Below, piece after piece: positions 17,551 through 26,684 of a stretch of 33,855 nt of DNA. The position numbers were made by a program, and so were the translations under genes. Each line of letters starts with the position of its first letter. Positions within the stretch are counted from its first letter, which is position 1. Below the pieces are notes generated by a model that saw nothing but the letters and a program-made list of their open reading frames with translations, was not told where the DNA came from and searched no databases. The DNA is taken from contig CAZDNQ010000001.1 in assembly GCA_964506605.1 (NCBI GenBank), positions 1 to 33,855 of the forward strand. The letters run 5' to 3'. Origin of the DNA: an uncultured Victivallis sp. Its GTDB lineage: Bacteria > Verrucomicrobiota > Lentisphaeria > Victivallales > GWF2-50-93.

Positions 17551-20500
17551 ATGTATAGAAATGTGAAATTTATTATTGCGGTGTTCGTAGCGCTTGCGGC
17601 GGCGGCGGGATTCTGCTCTGATGACGGCATGCTCGCGCAGATCCGCAGCGATGCCGGTTTATTCTGTTCCAGCCCCGACCGTTCCACCGGCGGCGAAGGC
17701 GCAAGGAAGACCGGAGACTTCATAATTGAAAATGCATCCTCTCTTCCAAACGTAAAGGTGTTCATCCAGGAGTTTCCCGTCATCGTCCCTCACACGCTAA
17801 GATCGGAGATACGGATCGAAAAGGGCGAATTCGCGGGAACGCACAGGATCTATCCGGTATGGCCCGACAACGTGCGCATGAAGACAACTCCTCCCGGAGG
17901 TATAGAGGGAACGCCTGTCTACATCGGCGACGGCGACTACAACGAGATCCCAGGCACCAGCATCCGCAACCAGATCGCTGTTATGGAGATGTCGTCATAC
18001 GGGTTCGGCACCTGGTGGCGCGCCTTCGATTTCGGCGCCAGGGCAGTTATCCTTCTCGGTTCGAAGGACGACAGCCTGAGCCTGCCAAACGACATGCCTT
18101 TCTACAAGCCGCGCTACTATCTGCCGGAAGGCAAGCTCGCCGACGCCATGCGCCGGGGTGAAATAAAGAACGCAGCCATATTCTGCAGCCAGGAATGGAA
18201 GACGGCGACCGCAAGAAACATTATCGCAGTGGTCTCAGGCAAGGAGGCTTCAATCAAGGTTCCGCTGGTGATCTCGGCCTGCTATGACGCGACAAGCATC
18301 GTGCCGGATCTGTCGCCGGGCGCATACAACGCCGTGAATTCCTCCTTCCTGCTCAACTTTCTCAGGTTCCTTTCAGCGCATCCTCCGGAACGTCCGGCCG
18401 TCATCGCGTTCGTGGAGGGATTTGGGATAAACCAGCTAGGGATGCGCCAGCTTATGGCCATGCTCTCCCTGGATCCTGACGACATCACCCGCAAGAGCTT
18501 CGAAGAGAAGATGGAGAAGCAGCTCGCCGAATACGAGAAGGCTTGCGTGCTTGCCGGGGAACTTGGCGATGACGCTGTACCAGCACTCTCAAAGCTGAAC
18601 GACAGGAAGAAATATGAGATCCTCCAGCAGTATGCGAAGGATGAACTCAGCCCGGAACTGGTCAAGCTCAAAAATGAGACCGGAAAGCTGAGGCTGGCGA
18701 TCGCCAAGGCCGGCAGGATGGACTGCGAGAAGGAGAAAGGCGAACTCGCGGTGAAGTCCGCAAGGGTCGAACTGCTCAACAGGCTCCTCTGCCAGATCAT
18801 CCTTTCCGGAAAGATCGACCAGGACCTGCACGACGAGTCCGGAAAAGTCTGGTCCGGCATCCGCAGCCGCGTCTCCGCCCAGCTTGCATCCATGAAGTCG
18901 AGAAGCGGATATTTCAAAGATCTTGACCAGATGAGGTCCGGCATCCTCAAGACATGCGGCCTTGACATCTCAACCAGGCTTCCCTTCCCGTTCATCGTCG
19001 GCATAGATCTTTCCGACGCCGGCTGCAACGTCGGCCCAGCTCTGTGGTGCCAGCATCTTGGAGTCAACGAAATAGAGTCGTCCAGGGAATTCACACGCTG
19101 GCTGACCTCCTTCATAACAGATCCCTCCAAGGAACTCTCGTCCATACCGCAGGACCGGATCTCCGGTCTTGGCGTCGAACAGGGCGACATCAGATCGCTG
19201 ATAAGCTCCTTCATGAACGCGGAATCGGTGGACGTCAGTTCGATCGAACGGCTGATCCGAAGCAAACTGCCAGCTATTTCCAAGGAGAAGATCGACAATA
19301 TCGCCAACAAGATCAAGATGACGAGGCGGGAGGGGATTGTCGCGGAAGAGACGATTTCACAGGCCCTGAAGGACGAACTCCAGGGCATGACCCAGGAGGA
19401 GATGTCGCGGCTTACCAAGTCGGTCATGAACCGCCAGTCCGTCGAGGACTCCTCAGCTCCGGAATCGTTCCTGCCGGAAGGAGTCGGACTTCTTACATCG
19501 CAGGCGGACGGCTTTGGAATGCAAGGTGTGACCTGGGCGACGCTCGAGGGCATCCGCTCGCGTTTCGACACTCCGCAGGACACGTATGCCAGCCTCAACT
19601 GGAACAGGCTCGATCCGCAGCTCCGTCTCACGTCGATAGTCATGGCATGCCTGCTCAACAGCAAGATTTTCAATGTGAAGCTCGGAGAGGACACCGGATG
19701 GCCTCGCTGGAGGATGCCATACGGCACAATAGTAGGGGAATCGATCGCCGGCACGATCCCGAAGACGCCCGAGCCGGGGATCCTCGTAAACTACACGAAC
19801 TCAAACTGGTGGAGCCCCTGCAACAAGGTCCGTGGAATAAGGGGCATGGAGATGGTGAAGACCGGCGCCGACGGGACATTTATTTTCCCTCCCGTGCGCA
19901 TCCCCTATGACTGGAAGACCGAGTGGAAAAAGGTGAACGCCTACAAGCTTTCCGAGGACGGCAGGCCGGTCCGGGGAATCTCCGACATAAACACCACCGT
20001 CGTGGGAAACCTCTCCTCGTCGTTCAATCTCCGTTCACGTCCTCCTATGAAGGCCCTGAGGGCCGTCATGTTCGAAGGCGTGGAGATGGAAGGCCCTACT
20101 ATAAAGGATCCGAGATACCAGTGCCAGCTCAACGAATACAAGCTGATCGATGTCGGCCGCGGCGGAACTCCGAAACGGTACAACTTCAGGTTCGCCTTCG
20201 GAAGGATGACAGGCATGCTCGAGAAGGACACCTACTGGCAGCTGATCTTCAGGATTGGCTCCTCCAACAGGATGGCCCTTATGAACGTGCCCCAGGATGC
20301 GGCCGATGGGAAGATCTCGCTGCGCGACGCCATCAACTGCGGCTACAGGATCGGCGAGGAGCTGCCTGCCCTGCCGGAGGAGATATCCGCGTCCGACTTC
20401 TTCAGGATAGACGAATGGCGCCTGAGGAATCTGGAAAGCGCCGGGGTCATCTGCAGATCGATCAGGAACATCCATGCCGACACCAAGGAATGCTTCAAGC

Positions 20501-22680
20501 AGGCCGATGACGCCAGGAAGGCCGACAACGGGGCCGCACTCAAGCGCGCGTCCTGCGCCGCCCTGGCGAACGAGATCCGCGTATACCATGCCGTGCAGAA
20601 CCAGGCGGACGACGTCAGCCGCGGTGCAATATTCCTCCTGCTGCTCCTTGTGCCGTTCTCAATTGCCATGGAACGCCTCCTCTTCGCCTTCCCCGGCATT
20701 GGCAGGCAGATAATGGGAAGCTCCGGAATCTTCCTCCTGATGGGAGGAGTCCTCGCGAGCTTCCATCCCGGATTCCGCATTACATCGCAGCCGATAATAA
20801 TCCTGCTCGCGTTCTCAGTCCTCCTCCTGAGCCTGATAGTGATAGTGATGGTGTTCCAGAAGTTCAAGGGCGACATGGAGGAGCTCCAGCGCGGATCACT
20901 CGCCGAGGCCAGCGGAGCCCAGATCAACCGAGCAGGCGTGATCTTCAGCGCGGTCTGGCTCGGGATCGCCAACATGAGGAAACGGCTTCTGAGGACCGTC
21001 CTCACCGGTTTCACCATCATGCTGATCACCTTCTCACTCCTGTGCTTCACTTCCTCCTCCTCATACCAGGACAAGAGGGAGACGACCTTGGACAAGTGCG
21101 GCTCAAAGAATGCTCCGGGTATCCTCATCCAGCATCCTGCAATGCGCTCGCTGGACACCGAGACTGAAGAGAACATCAGCAATTTCCTCGGGTACAGCCA
21201 TGCGGTCGCAGGCCGTTACTGGATAGTCTCCGGCAATCCGAACTGGAGGCTGCATGTAAGGAATCCGATGTCCAACAAGCTCGCAGCCCTTAAGGGCGGG
21301 CTGGGACTGTCCCCTTCAGAATCAAAAGTCGGATCAATTCCAAAGTATCTACCGGACTGGGAAAAGTTCGCCGCCGGCGACGGCTGCTACCTCAGCAGGA
21401 GCACGGCTGAACAGCTTGAACTGAAGCCGGGGGAGAAGGTGACTGTCGGAGGGCGCGAGCTTGTCCTGGCAGGTGTGTTCGACGCAAAGGATTTCGAGCA
21501 GAACGCAAGGAAGATCGACGGAAACCCCATCGCACCTATCGATTTCACCGTGGAAAGGGACAATGGCTCCCTGAGCCAGAAGGCAATCGAAGGAGAGCTC
21601 GCGAGCGGAAACATGCTGGCGGTCTCGGACACGTTCAGATATGTGTCTCCCGACGAAATGATCATCGTCCCTGCGGTTCTCGCAAGAAAGATGGGAGCGT
21701 CCCTCAGGAATATCGCCGTGCAATCCAATTCAGACGACTCCGCCAGCACCGCCGAACATCTCATGAAGCTCCTCGTATATCCCGTCTACTACAGCGCTGG
21801 GAACGAAGTCAGGGCGATCGTCTCGACACCCCTGCTCCCGAAGGCGCCGCGCCAGCTCCTCATACCGATAATCATAGCGGCCCTGATAATCTTCAACACC
21901 ATGCTCAATTCGATTGCGGAAAGAAAGAAGGAGATCCATATATACAGCAGCCTCGGACTCGCGCCAGGCCACATCGGAGTGCTGTTCCTGGCAGAGGCTC
22001 TGACGTACGGCATGATGGGATCGGTGTTCGGCTATGTCGCCGGACAGGGCATCGCAACCGCCCTCACCAGCTTCAATCTCATGGGAGGGATCACCCTGAA
22101 CTACTCAGGCTCGAACGTGATATTGACGATGGGGCTTGTACTCATGGTCGTCACACTCTCCTCCATCGTCCCCGCAATAATGGCTGCGAGAGTCGCAAGC
22201 CCGAGCAGGGAGCTCGACTGGCGCGTCCCGAAACCAAAGGACGGCGTCATCTCCGATCTCCTCCCGTTCACCGTCAACACGCACGCATCCCACGGCCTTG
22301 TCTCGTTCCTCTTCGAATATCTCGACGCCCACCGCGACGGCGCGATCGGCAATTTCACCTCCGACAAGCTCAACGTCAGGGAAATCGACGGCGGACATAT
22401 ACAGGTTGAAGGAATAGTCTGGCTTTCACCGTACGACCTCGGCGTCAGGCAGGAATTCGAGCTGGTGATATCTCCGACCGGAGTCGAGGACATCTGCAGC
22501 CTGAGGATCCTCCTGCGGCGCGAGGCGGGCGACGAGAGATCGTGGTGGAGGCTCAACCGCGTATTCATCGGAGACCTGCGCAAACAGCTGCTCGGATGGA
22601 GGAACATCTCTTCTGAAAGAATGCTCAAGTATGTCACGGAAGGAAGGATGAGGACGAAGAGGAAGACCGCAGATGCGTGA
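17551..22680 (+). CDS. 1709-aa fusion protein: signal peptide, PA/M28-like extracytoplasmic module with coiled-coil insertion, unknown beta-rich region, 3 TM, FtsX/MacB-type permease (4 TM plus about 270-aa periplasmic domain), and about 160-aa cytoplasmic tail
   Basis: A single uninterrupted ORF. It has a signal peptide (MYRNVKFIIAVFVALAAAAGFC) and an M28-like stretch (ARNIIAVVSGK..VISACYDA..PGAYNAVNS..IAFVEGFG). The MacB-type TM1 is IANMRKRLLRTVLTGFTIMLITFSLL. The FtsX domain is IIAALIIFNTMLNSIAERKKEIHIYSSLGLAPGHIGVLFLAEAL..IVPAIMAARVASPS. Confidence 0.9.
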   Translation: MYRNVKFIIAVFVALAAAAGFCSDDGMLAQIRSDAGLFCSSPDRSTGGEGARKTGDFIIENASSLPNVKVFIQEFPVIVPHTLRSEIRIEKGEFAGTHRIYPVWPDNVRMKTTPPGGIEGTPVYIGDGDYNEIPGTSIRNQIAVMEMSSYGFGTWWRAFDFGARAVILLGSKDDSLSLPNDMPFYKPRYYLPEGKLADAMRRGEIKNAAIFCSQEWKTATARNIIAVVSGKEASIKVPLVISACYDATSIVPDLSPGAYNAVNSSFLLNFLRFLSAHPPERPAVIAFVEGFGINQLGMRQLMAMLSLDPDDITRKSFEEKMEKQLAEYEKACVLAGELGDDAVPALSKLNDRKKYEILQQYAKDELSPELVKLKNETGKLRLAIAKAGRMDCEKEKGELAVKSARVELLNRLLCQIILSGKIDQDLHDESGKVWSGIRSRVSAQLASMKSRSGYFKDLDQMRSGILKTCGLDISTRLPFPFIVGIDLSDAGCNVGPALWCQHLGVNEIESSREFTRWLTSFITDPSKELSSIPQDRISGLGVEQGDIRSLISSFMNAESVDVSSIERLIRSKLPAISKEKIDNIANKIKMTRREGIVAEETISQALKDELQGMTQEEMSRLTKSVMNRQSVEDSSAPESFLPEGVGLLTSQADGFGMQGVTWATLEGIRSRFDTPQDTYASLNWNRLDPQLRLTSIVMACLLNSKIFNVKLGEDTGWPRWRMPYGTIVGESIAGTIPKTPEPGILVNYTNSNWWSPCNKVRGIRGMEMVKTGADGTFIFPPVRIPYDWKTEWKKVNAYKLSEDGRPVRGISDINTTVVGNLSSSFNLRSRPPMKALRAVMFEGVEMEGPTIKDPRYQCQLNEYKLIDVGRGGTPKRYNFRFAFGRMTGMLEKDTYWQLIFRIGSSNRMALMNVPQDAADGKISLRDAINCGYRIGEELPALPEEISASDFFRIDEWRLRNLESAGVICRSIRNIHADTKECFKQADDARKADNGAALKRASCAALANEIRVYHAVQNQADDVSRGAIFLLLLLVPFSIAMERLLFAFPGIGRQIMGSSGIFLLMGGVLASFHPGFRITSQPIIILLAFSVLLLSLIVIVMVFQKFKGDMEELQRGSLAEASGAQINRAGVIFSAVWLGIANMRKRLLRTVLTGFTIMLITFSLLCFTSSSSYQDKRETTLDKCGSKNAPGILIQHPAMRSLDTETEENISNFLGYSHAVAGRYWIVSGNPNWRLHVRNPMSNKLAALKGGLGLSPSESKVGSIPKYLPDWEKFAAGDGCYLSRSTAEQLELKPGEKVTVGGRELVLAGVFDAKDFEQNARKIDGNPIAPIDFTVERDNGSLSQKAIEGELASGNMLAVSDTFRYVSPDEMIIVPAVLARKMGASLRNIAVQSNSDDSASTAEHLMKLLVYPVYYSAGNEVRAIVSTPLLPKAPRQLLIPIIIAALIIFNTMLNSIAERKKEIHIYSSLGLAPGHIGVLFLAEALTYGMMGSVFGYVAGQGIATALTSFNLMGGITLNYSGSNVILTMGLVLMVVTLSSIVPAIMAARVASPSRELDWRVPKPKDGVISDLLPFTVNTHASHGLVSFLFEYLDAHRDGAIGNFTSDKLNVREIDGGHIQVEGIVWLSPYDLGVRQEFELVISPTGVEDICSLRILLRREAGDERSWWRLNRVFIGDLRKQLLGWRNISSERMLKYVTEGRMRTKRKTADA

Positions 22681-22712
22681 TACGTCTGATCAATTGAATT
22701 GGAAATGGGAAT

Positions 22713-24707
22713 ATGAGGGAAGACAAGGAATATAAAGAATTCAGGGATCTGATGAAGCGTCCGGAGAAGTTCGAGGACGGCTTCAACAGCGGAACCGTGG
22801 TCATGGGGCTGTTCGTCGGCCTCGTGATGGCACCTGCCTCCGTGTATATGAATCTCGTCGCCGGACTCCATATGGGCGGAGCCGCGCAGTGGGTGACGGT
22901 CCTGCTCTACGTCGAGATCGCCAGAAGGGCGTTCAAGAAGCTGAGCCGCCCGGAGATATTCGTCCTCTTCTACATGTGCGGCGCCGCGATAGCCGCAGGC
23001 GGACAGGACTGGCTGTGGCGCCAGTTCCTCGTGCAGAGCGAGGAGATGAGGAAGATGGGGCTCATCGAATATATTCCGTCGTGGTTCGCGCCTACCGATC
23101 CGGAGATCCTCAAGAAGCACAGCTTCCTGATGTGGGAATGGCTCTGGCCGATCGGCATCACCTGCCTCATGATGCTCCTCCAGCGTGTCGACCACTTCGG
23201 ACTCGGATATGTGCTGTTCAGGCTGACGGCGGACGTCGAGGAGCTTCCTTTCCCCATGGCTCCTGTAGGGGCGGCAGGAATGACGGCTCTTGCGGATGCG
23301 TCGGCCGACAGGGAGACCTGGCGGTACCGTGTATTCTCGATGGGCGCGATCCTCGGAATTTTCTTCGGTGCAATCTATATCGCGCTGCCAAGCATAACAG
23401 GAGCTTTCCTGTCTGAGCCGATCCGTCCTATCCCGATGCCGTTTGTCGATCTGACAAGCTACACTGAAAGCGTCCTCCCTGCATCGCCGATTATGTTCTC
23501 GTTCGACCTTGGATACGTAATATTCGGCATGGTGATGCCGTTCTGGGCGATCATAGGCTCCCTTTTCGGAGTCATATTCACCATGTTCTTCAATCCAATA
23601 CTCCAGCTGACGGGATTCCTCGGAGGATGGGAACCGGGCCTCAACGCGATGGATACCGTGCGGTCGAACGTCTTCGACTTCTACTTCAGCTTCAATCTAG
23701 GCCTTCTCTTCGCCGTCGCCGCAATAGGAATATTGCACATGTACAGGACATTCCAGAAGAAAAAGAAGGAGGCCGACGAACTGGGCAAGGCCGGCATCGA
23801 CTGGGGCAGGCTCTTCAAAAGTCCGGAAGGCAGGGGCGACTTCTCGATATGGATCGGCGTGGCGATATATGTAGCCTCAACCCTGACCTATGTTCTCGCC
23901 ACATACTATCTTGTCAACTACGGATCCGGCCCCCTCGCAGGAAACATGTTCCCGTTCTGGCTGCTGCTTGTATATGGTTTCATCTGGACGCCGTTCATCA
24001 GCTATATCTCGGCGCGAATGGAAGGTCTTGTCGGACAGCAGATGCAGATACCGTTCGTCAGGGAGTCGACGTTCATCCTTTCCGGATACAAGGGCGCGGC
24101 GATCTGGTTCGCGCCGATACCGCTCCACAATTATTCCTACCAGGTGCTGCAGTTCCGACAGATGGAGCTGACCGGCACGAAGTTCACATCATTGATAAAG
24201 GCTGAAATAATCACCTATCCCCTGATGATCGTCGGAACCATGATATTCGCGCAGTTCATATGGTCGATCGGCCCCGTCCCGAGCGAGATGTTCCCGTATG
24301 CAAACGAGTTCTGGGAACTCAATGCATATAACCAGGGTCTTGTATATACCGCAACCCTGCCGGGAGAGGTGCTGAATCCGTTCCGTGAATCGTTCCGGCC
24401 AGATCTGATCTGCGGAGGATTCGGAATGGCGATGATCCTCTACGGGATTCTTGCGCACTTCAACCTACCGGTGTTCCTGGTATACGGAATGATCCGCGGC
24501 CTCGACCAGTCTCTGCCGCACACCATCATACCGACGATCATCGGCGCGATACTTGGCCGTTACTTCTGCAGCAGGTGGTTCGGCGAAAAATGGCCACAGT
24601 ACAGGGTCGTCTTCGCCGCCGGATTCGGAGCTGGAATGGGGCTGATAACAATGTTCGCACTGGGAATAGTGTTCATGAGCAAGAGCGCAAACCTGTTCCC
24701 GATATGA
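22713..24707 (+). CDS. 664-aa polytopic membrane protein, paralogue 2 (distant OPT-like, tentative)
   Basis: It has at least 12 hydrophobic helices. VEELPFPMAPVGAAGMTAL resembles the OPT-family LPFPSGTATA motif and the ERLSFPL motif of the 15518 gene. The C-terminal Gly-rich helices are similar to paralogue 1. Confidence 0.85.
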   Translation: MREDKEYKEFRDLMKRPEKFEDGFNSGTVVMGLFVGLVMAPASVYMNLVAGLHMGGAAQWVTVLLYVEIARRAFKKLSRPEIFVLFYMCGAAIAAGGQDWLWRQFLVQSEEMRKMGLIEYIPSWFAPTDPEILKKHSFLMWEWLWPIGITCLMMLLQRVDHFGLGYVLFRLTADVEELPFPMAPVGAAGMTALADASADRETWRYRVFSMGAILGIFFGAIYIALPSITGAFLSEPIRPIPMPFVDLTSYTESVLPASPIMFSFDLGYVIFGMVMPFWAIIGSLFGVIFTMFFNPILQLTGFLGGWEPGLNAMDTVRSNVFDFYFSFNLGLLFAVAAIGILHMYRTFQKKKKEADELGKAGIDWGRLFKSPEGRGDFSIWIGVAIYVASTLTYVLATYYLVNYGSGPLAGNMFPFWLLLVYGFIWTPFISYISARMEGLVGQQMQIPFVRESTFILSGYKGAAIWFAPIPLHNYSYQVLQFRQMELTGTKFTSLIKAEIITYPLMIVGTMIFAQFIWSIGPVPSEMFPYANEFWELNAYNQGLVYTATLPGEVLNPFRESFRPDLICGGFGMAMILYGILAHFNLPVFLVYGMIRGLDQSLPHTIIPTIIGAILGRYFCSRWFGEKWPQYRVVFAAGFGAGMGLITMFALGIVFMSKSANLFPI

Positions 24708-24719
24708 GGAAGATGACAG

Positions 24720-25655
24720 ATGGCAGAGGACAGAAAACAGAATGAAGAAAAGATGGGCAAGATGAGCCAGAAGAACGAAACTGACTTCATAAGCTGGCAG
24801 GGATTCAGGATTCCGCTTATGAGGGAATGGCGTCCGCTGAAGATAGAAGGCGGATTCCGCAAGGGCTCGGTCGCGATTGGCGACGTGTCAGGCCCACTCT
24901 TCGAGATCAGATGGGTGAGACCGGATGCAGCCGACTTCGACGGACGCGCCTGGATCAGCAGGAACAAGGAGCGGTCCAGCGACAACATCGCTTCCGCTCC
25001 GCCACGTCCGCAGGGGTTCTCATCCGTCGGATGGATAAAGGAGTTCGAGGACAAAGGTTCATCGAAGAAGACAGTTTGGTGGGGATATTCCGTTGAAGGA
25101 ATGGTGTTGATTGAGATAGTCGTAGGCGAAATCATTGACAAGCCATCATATGAATGGATAATTTCGGAGGCGATACCATCCCTCAAGGTGTCGAAGCCCG
25201 ACGAGGAATGGATCTGGAGGATCTTCAGCGCGCAGTTCTCGGTTCCAGCAGGCTTTGTCCTGGAAAGGCACAGGCTGAACAACGGCGACATGTCCCTTTG
25301 CTTCACACGCGGGAAGAAGGAGAGGCTTGTCATGCGCCAGGTATATCCTGCGGACCTCGCAGTCGGCAGGAGATCCCTTGAAAAATGGTTCGACGAGTCC
25401 CCATTCAGGGAGAGCAGGAAGTTCAGGGAGGCGAAGGACGGCGTACGTTGCGAAAGGAAGAAGGATTTCACGGTGGACGGATGGAAGCTTGTCCCTTTTC
25501 CGTTCGGATTCGTAAGGCCGCGCAGGTGCCGCAGGCTTGCTGCGGTTGACGATGCCAGTGACAGGATCTTCATGACGGAATATGAGTATGGGAAAAGGGA
25601 TTCGGGCGAAGCTGCGGAGTTCGCAATGAAGAAGATGCGCGGAGGCGTCCTGTGA
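24720..25655 (+). CDS. 311-aa soluble (cytoplasmic) protein of unknown function, Trp/Arg-rich
   Basis: The ORF starts 12 nt after the preceding stop, with GAGGAAG upstream, and ends in a GTGA overlap with the next gene. It has no TM segment, no signal peptide and no recognisable motif. Confidence 0.75.
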   Translation: MAEDRKQNEEKMGKMSQKNETDFISWQGFRIPLMREWRPLKIEGGFRKGSVAIGDVSGPLFEIRWVRPDAADFDGRAWISRNKERSSDNIASAPPRPQGFSSVGWIKEFEDKGSSKKTVWWGYSVEGMVLIEIVVGEIIDKPSYEWIISEAIPSLKVSKPDEEWIWRIFSAQFSVPAGFVLERHRLNNGDMSLCFTRGKKERLVMRQVYPADLAVGRRSLEKWFDESPFRESRKFREAKDGVRCERKKDFTVDGWKLVPFPFGFVRPRRCRRLAAVDDASDRIFMTEYEYGKRDSGEAAEFAMKKMRGGVL

Positions 25656-26023
25656 ACCTGTTCGGAAATGTCCCGAAGAATGATGCGATGGGGCGCGCCG
25701 CGGCGCTTAACGCGTGTCCGGTGCGCACCAATGCGGTCAAGACGGAGGAGAAGAAGGACAAGCTCTACGTGACGGTCCTCTTCATGAGGCCGAAATGGCA
25801 GCAGTGGCTTGGGGCCGAGGAGAAATGCCAGCGGACGTTTGGACTGGACAAATACGGAGTGGAAGTATACCGTGCCTGCGACGGTGGGACTTCCGTTAAG
25901 AAGATAGTTGATGTTTTTGCGGAAAACCATAAGATGAGCATCGCCGAAGCGGAGATATCTGTATGCCAGTTCATAAAGACTCTGCTGATAAAGGGGCTTA
26001 TTGTAATGCAGGTGGAGAAATAA
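25652..26023 (+). CDS. PqqD-family / RiPP-recognition-element (RRE)-like small protein
   Basis: 123 aa with a GTG start overlapping the upstream stop (GTGA). FGLDKYGVEVYRACDGGTSVKKIVDVFAENHKMSIAEAEISVCQFIKTLLIKGLI matches the PqqD pattern (L...g..vw..cDG..tv.eIv..l...y.....a..dv..Fl..L...gli). Confidence 0.7.
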   Translation: MNLFGNVPKNDAMGRAAALNACPVRTNAVKTEEKKDKLYVTVLFMRPKWQQWLGAEEKCQRTFGLDKYGVEVYRACDGGTSVKKIVDVFAENHKMSIAEAEISVCQFIKTLLIKGLIVMQVEK

Positions 26024-26033
26024 GGTCAATACG

Positions 26034-26684
26034 ATGAAGACAGAACAGGAAATTATGGAGATCGAGTCCCTGCCGCTGGGGAAGATAATCAGCATCACCT
26101 GCAAGGGGATCAGGATACGCATATGGCGGTCCCTCATAGTGGTGTCCGGCATCGTCCTCGCGATCGCGTTCCTGTCGTACATCCTCTGCTCGGACGGCTT
26201 TGCGCAGAACGTCTCAAAGGCGGCGGGAAGCGCGCTGGAGCAGGCAAACCCGGAAAAGATCCAGGAACTGAAGGACCAGCGCGTCCAGACATACTGGATG
26301 GTCGGGCTCGCGATACTGATAAGCTTTGTCGGAATAATAAACGCCATGCTGATGAGCGTCACCGAAAGGTTCCGCGAGATCGGAACGATGAAGTGCCTCG
26401 GCGCGATCGACTCGTTCGTCCTGAAGATGTTCCTGATAGAGAGCGTGATCGAAGGAGTGATAGGCGCAATCTTCGGCGTGTCCGCCGGAATCGCGATCGC
26501 CTATGCCGAGGGCATGTTCACATATGGTTCGGGAGTATGGACGATGCTGCCGGCCGGATGGTTCATGTGCGTCGTCGGCTTCTCATTCGTCACAGGTGTG
26601 ATAATAACCGTAGTAGCGGCCCTCTATCCGGCCCGCGAGGCCGCGAAGATGACCCCGGTCGTGGCGCTGAGGGCGGAGCTGTGA
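26034..26684 (+). CDS. Minimal FtsX-family ABC permease (4 TM, extracytoplasmic loop of only about 45 aa)
   Basis: 216 aa. TM1 is IRIWRSLIVVSGIVLAIAFLSYIL. The FtsX core is INAMLMSVTERFREIGTMKCLGAIDSFVLKMFLIES...ALYPAREAAKMTPVVALRAE. Confidence 0.88.
   Translation: MKTEQEIMEIESLPLGKIISITCKGIRIRIWRSLIVVSGIVLAIAFLSYILCSDGFAQNVSKAAGSALEQANPEKIQELKDQRVQTYWMVGLAILISFVGIINAMLMSVTERFREIGTMKCLGAIDSFVLKMFLIESVIEGVIGAIFGVSAGIAIAYAEGMFTYGSGVWTMLPAGWFMCVVGFSFVTGVIITVVAALYPAREAAKMTPVVALRAEL

Noticed and set aside
18282-19754. 490-aa minus-strand ORF (plus 20343-21182, 20035-20589 and 21349-21764) antisense to the giant gene
   Set aside because: These are the same shadow-ORF signature: Ser/Arg/Leu-rich, no RBS and no motifs. 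The sense frame is one uninterrupted 1709-codon ORF with recognisable FtsX motifs.
22101-23195. 364-aa minus-strand ORF bridging the end of the giant gene and the start of membrane protein B
   Set aside because: It crosses an intergenic spacer antisense to two well-supported genes. Its His/Glu/Arg/Pro-rich composition is typical of an antisense frame.
24560-26362. 600-aa minus-strand ORF spanning three plus-strand genes (311-aa protein, PqqD-like, small FtsX)
   Set aside because: It runs antisense to three ORFs that carry clear family motifs and coupled starts. Its translation is Ser/Leu/Arg/Pro-rich low-complexity sequence with no motifs. Long antisense frames arise when the sense codon usage avoids TTA, CTA and TCA. 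I therefore treat it as a shadow ORF.
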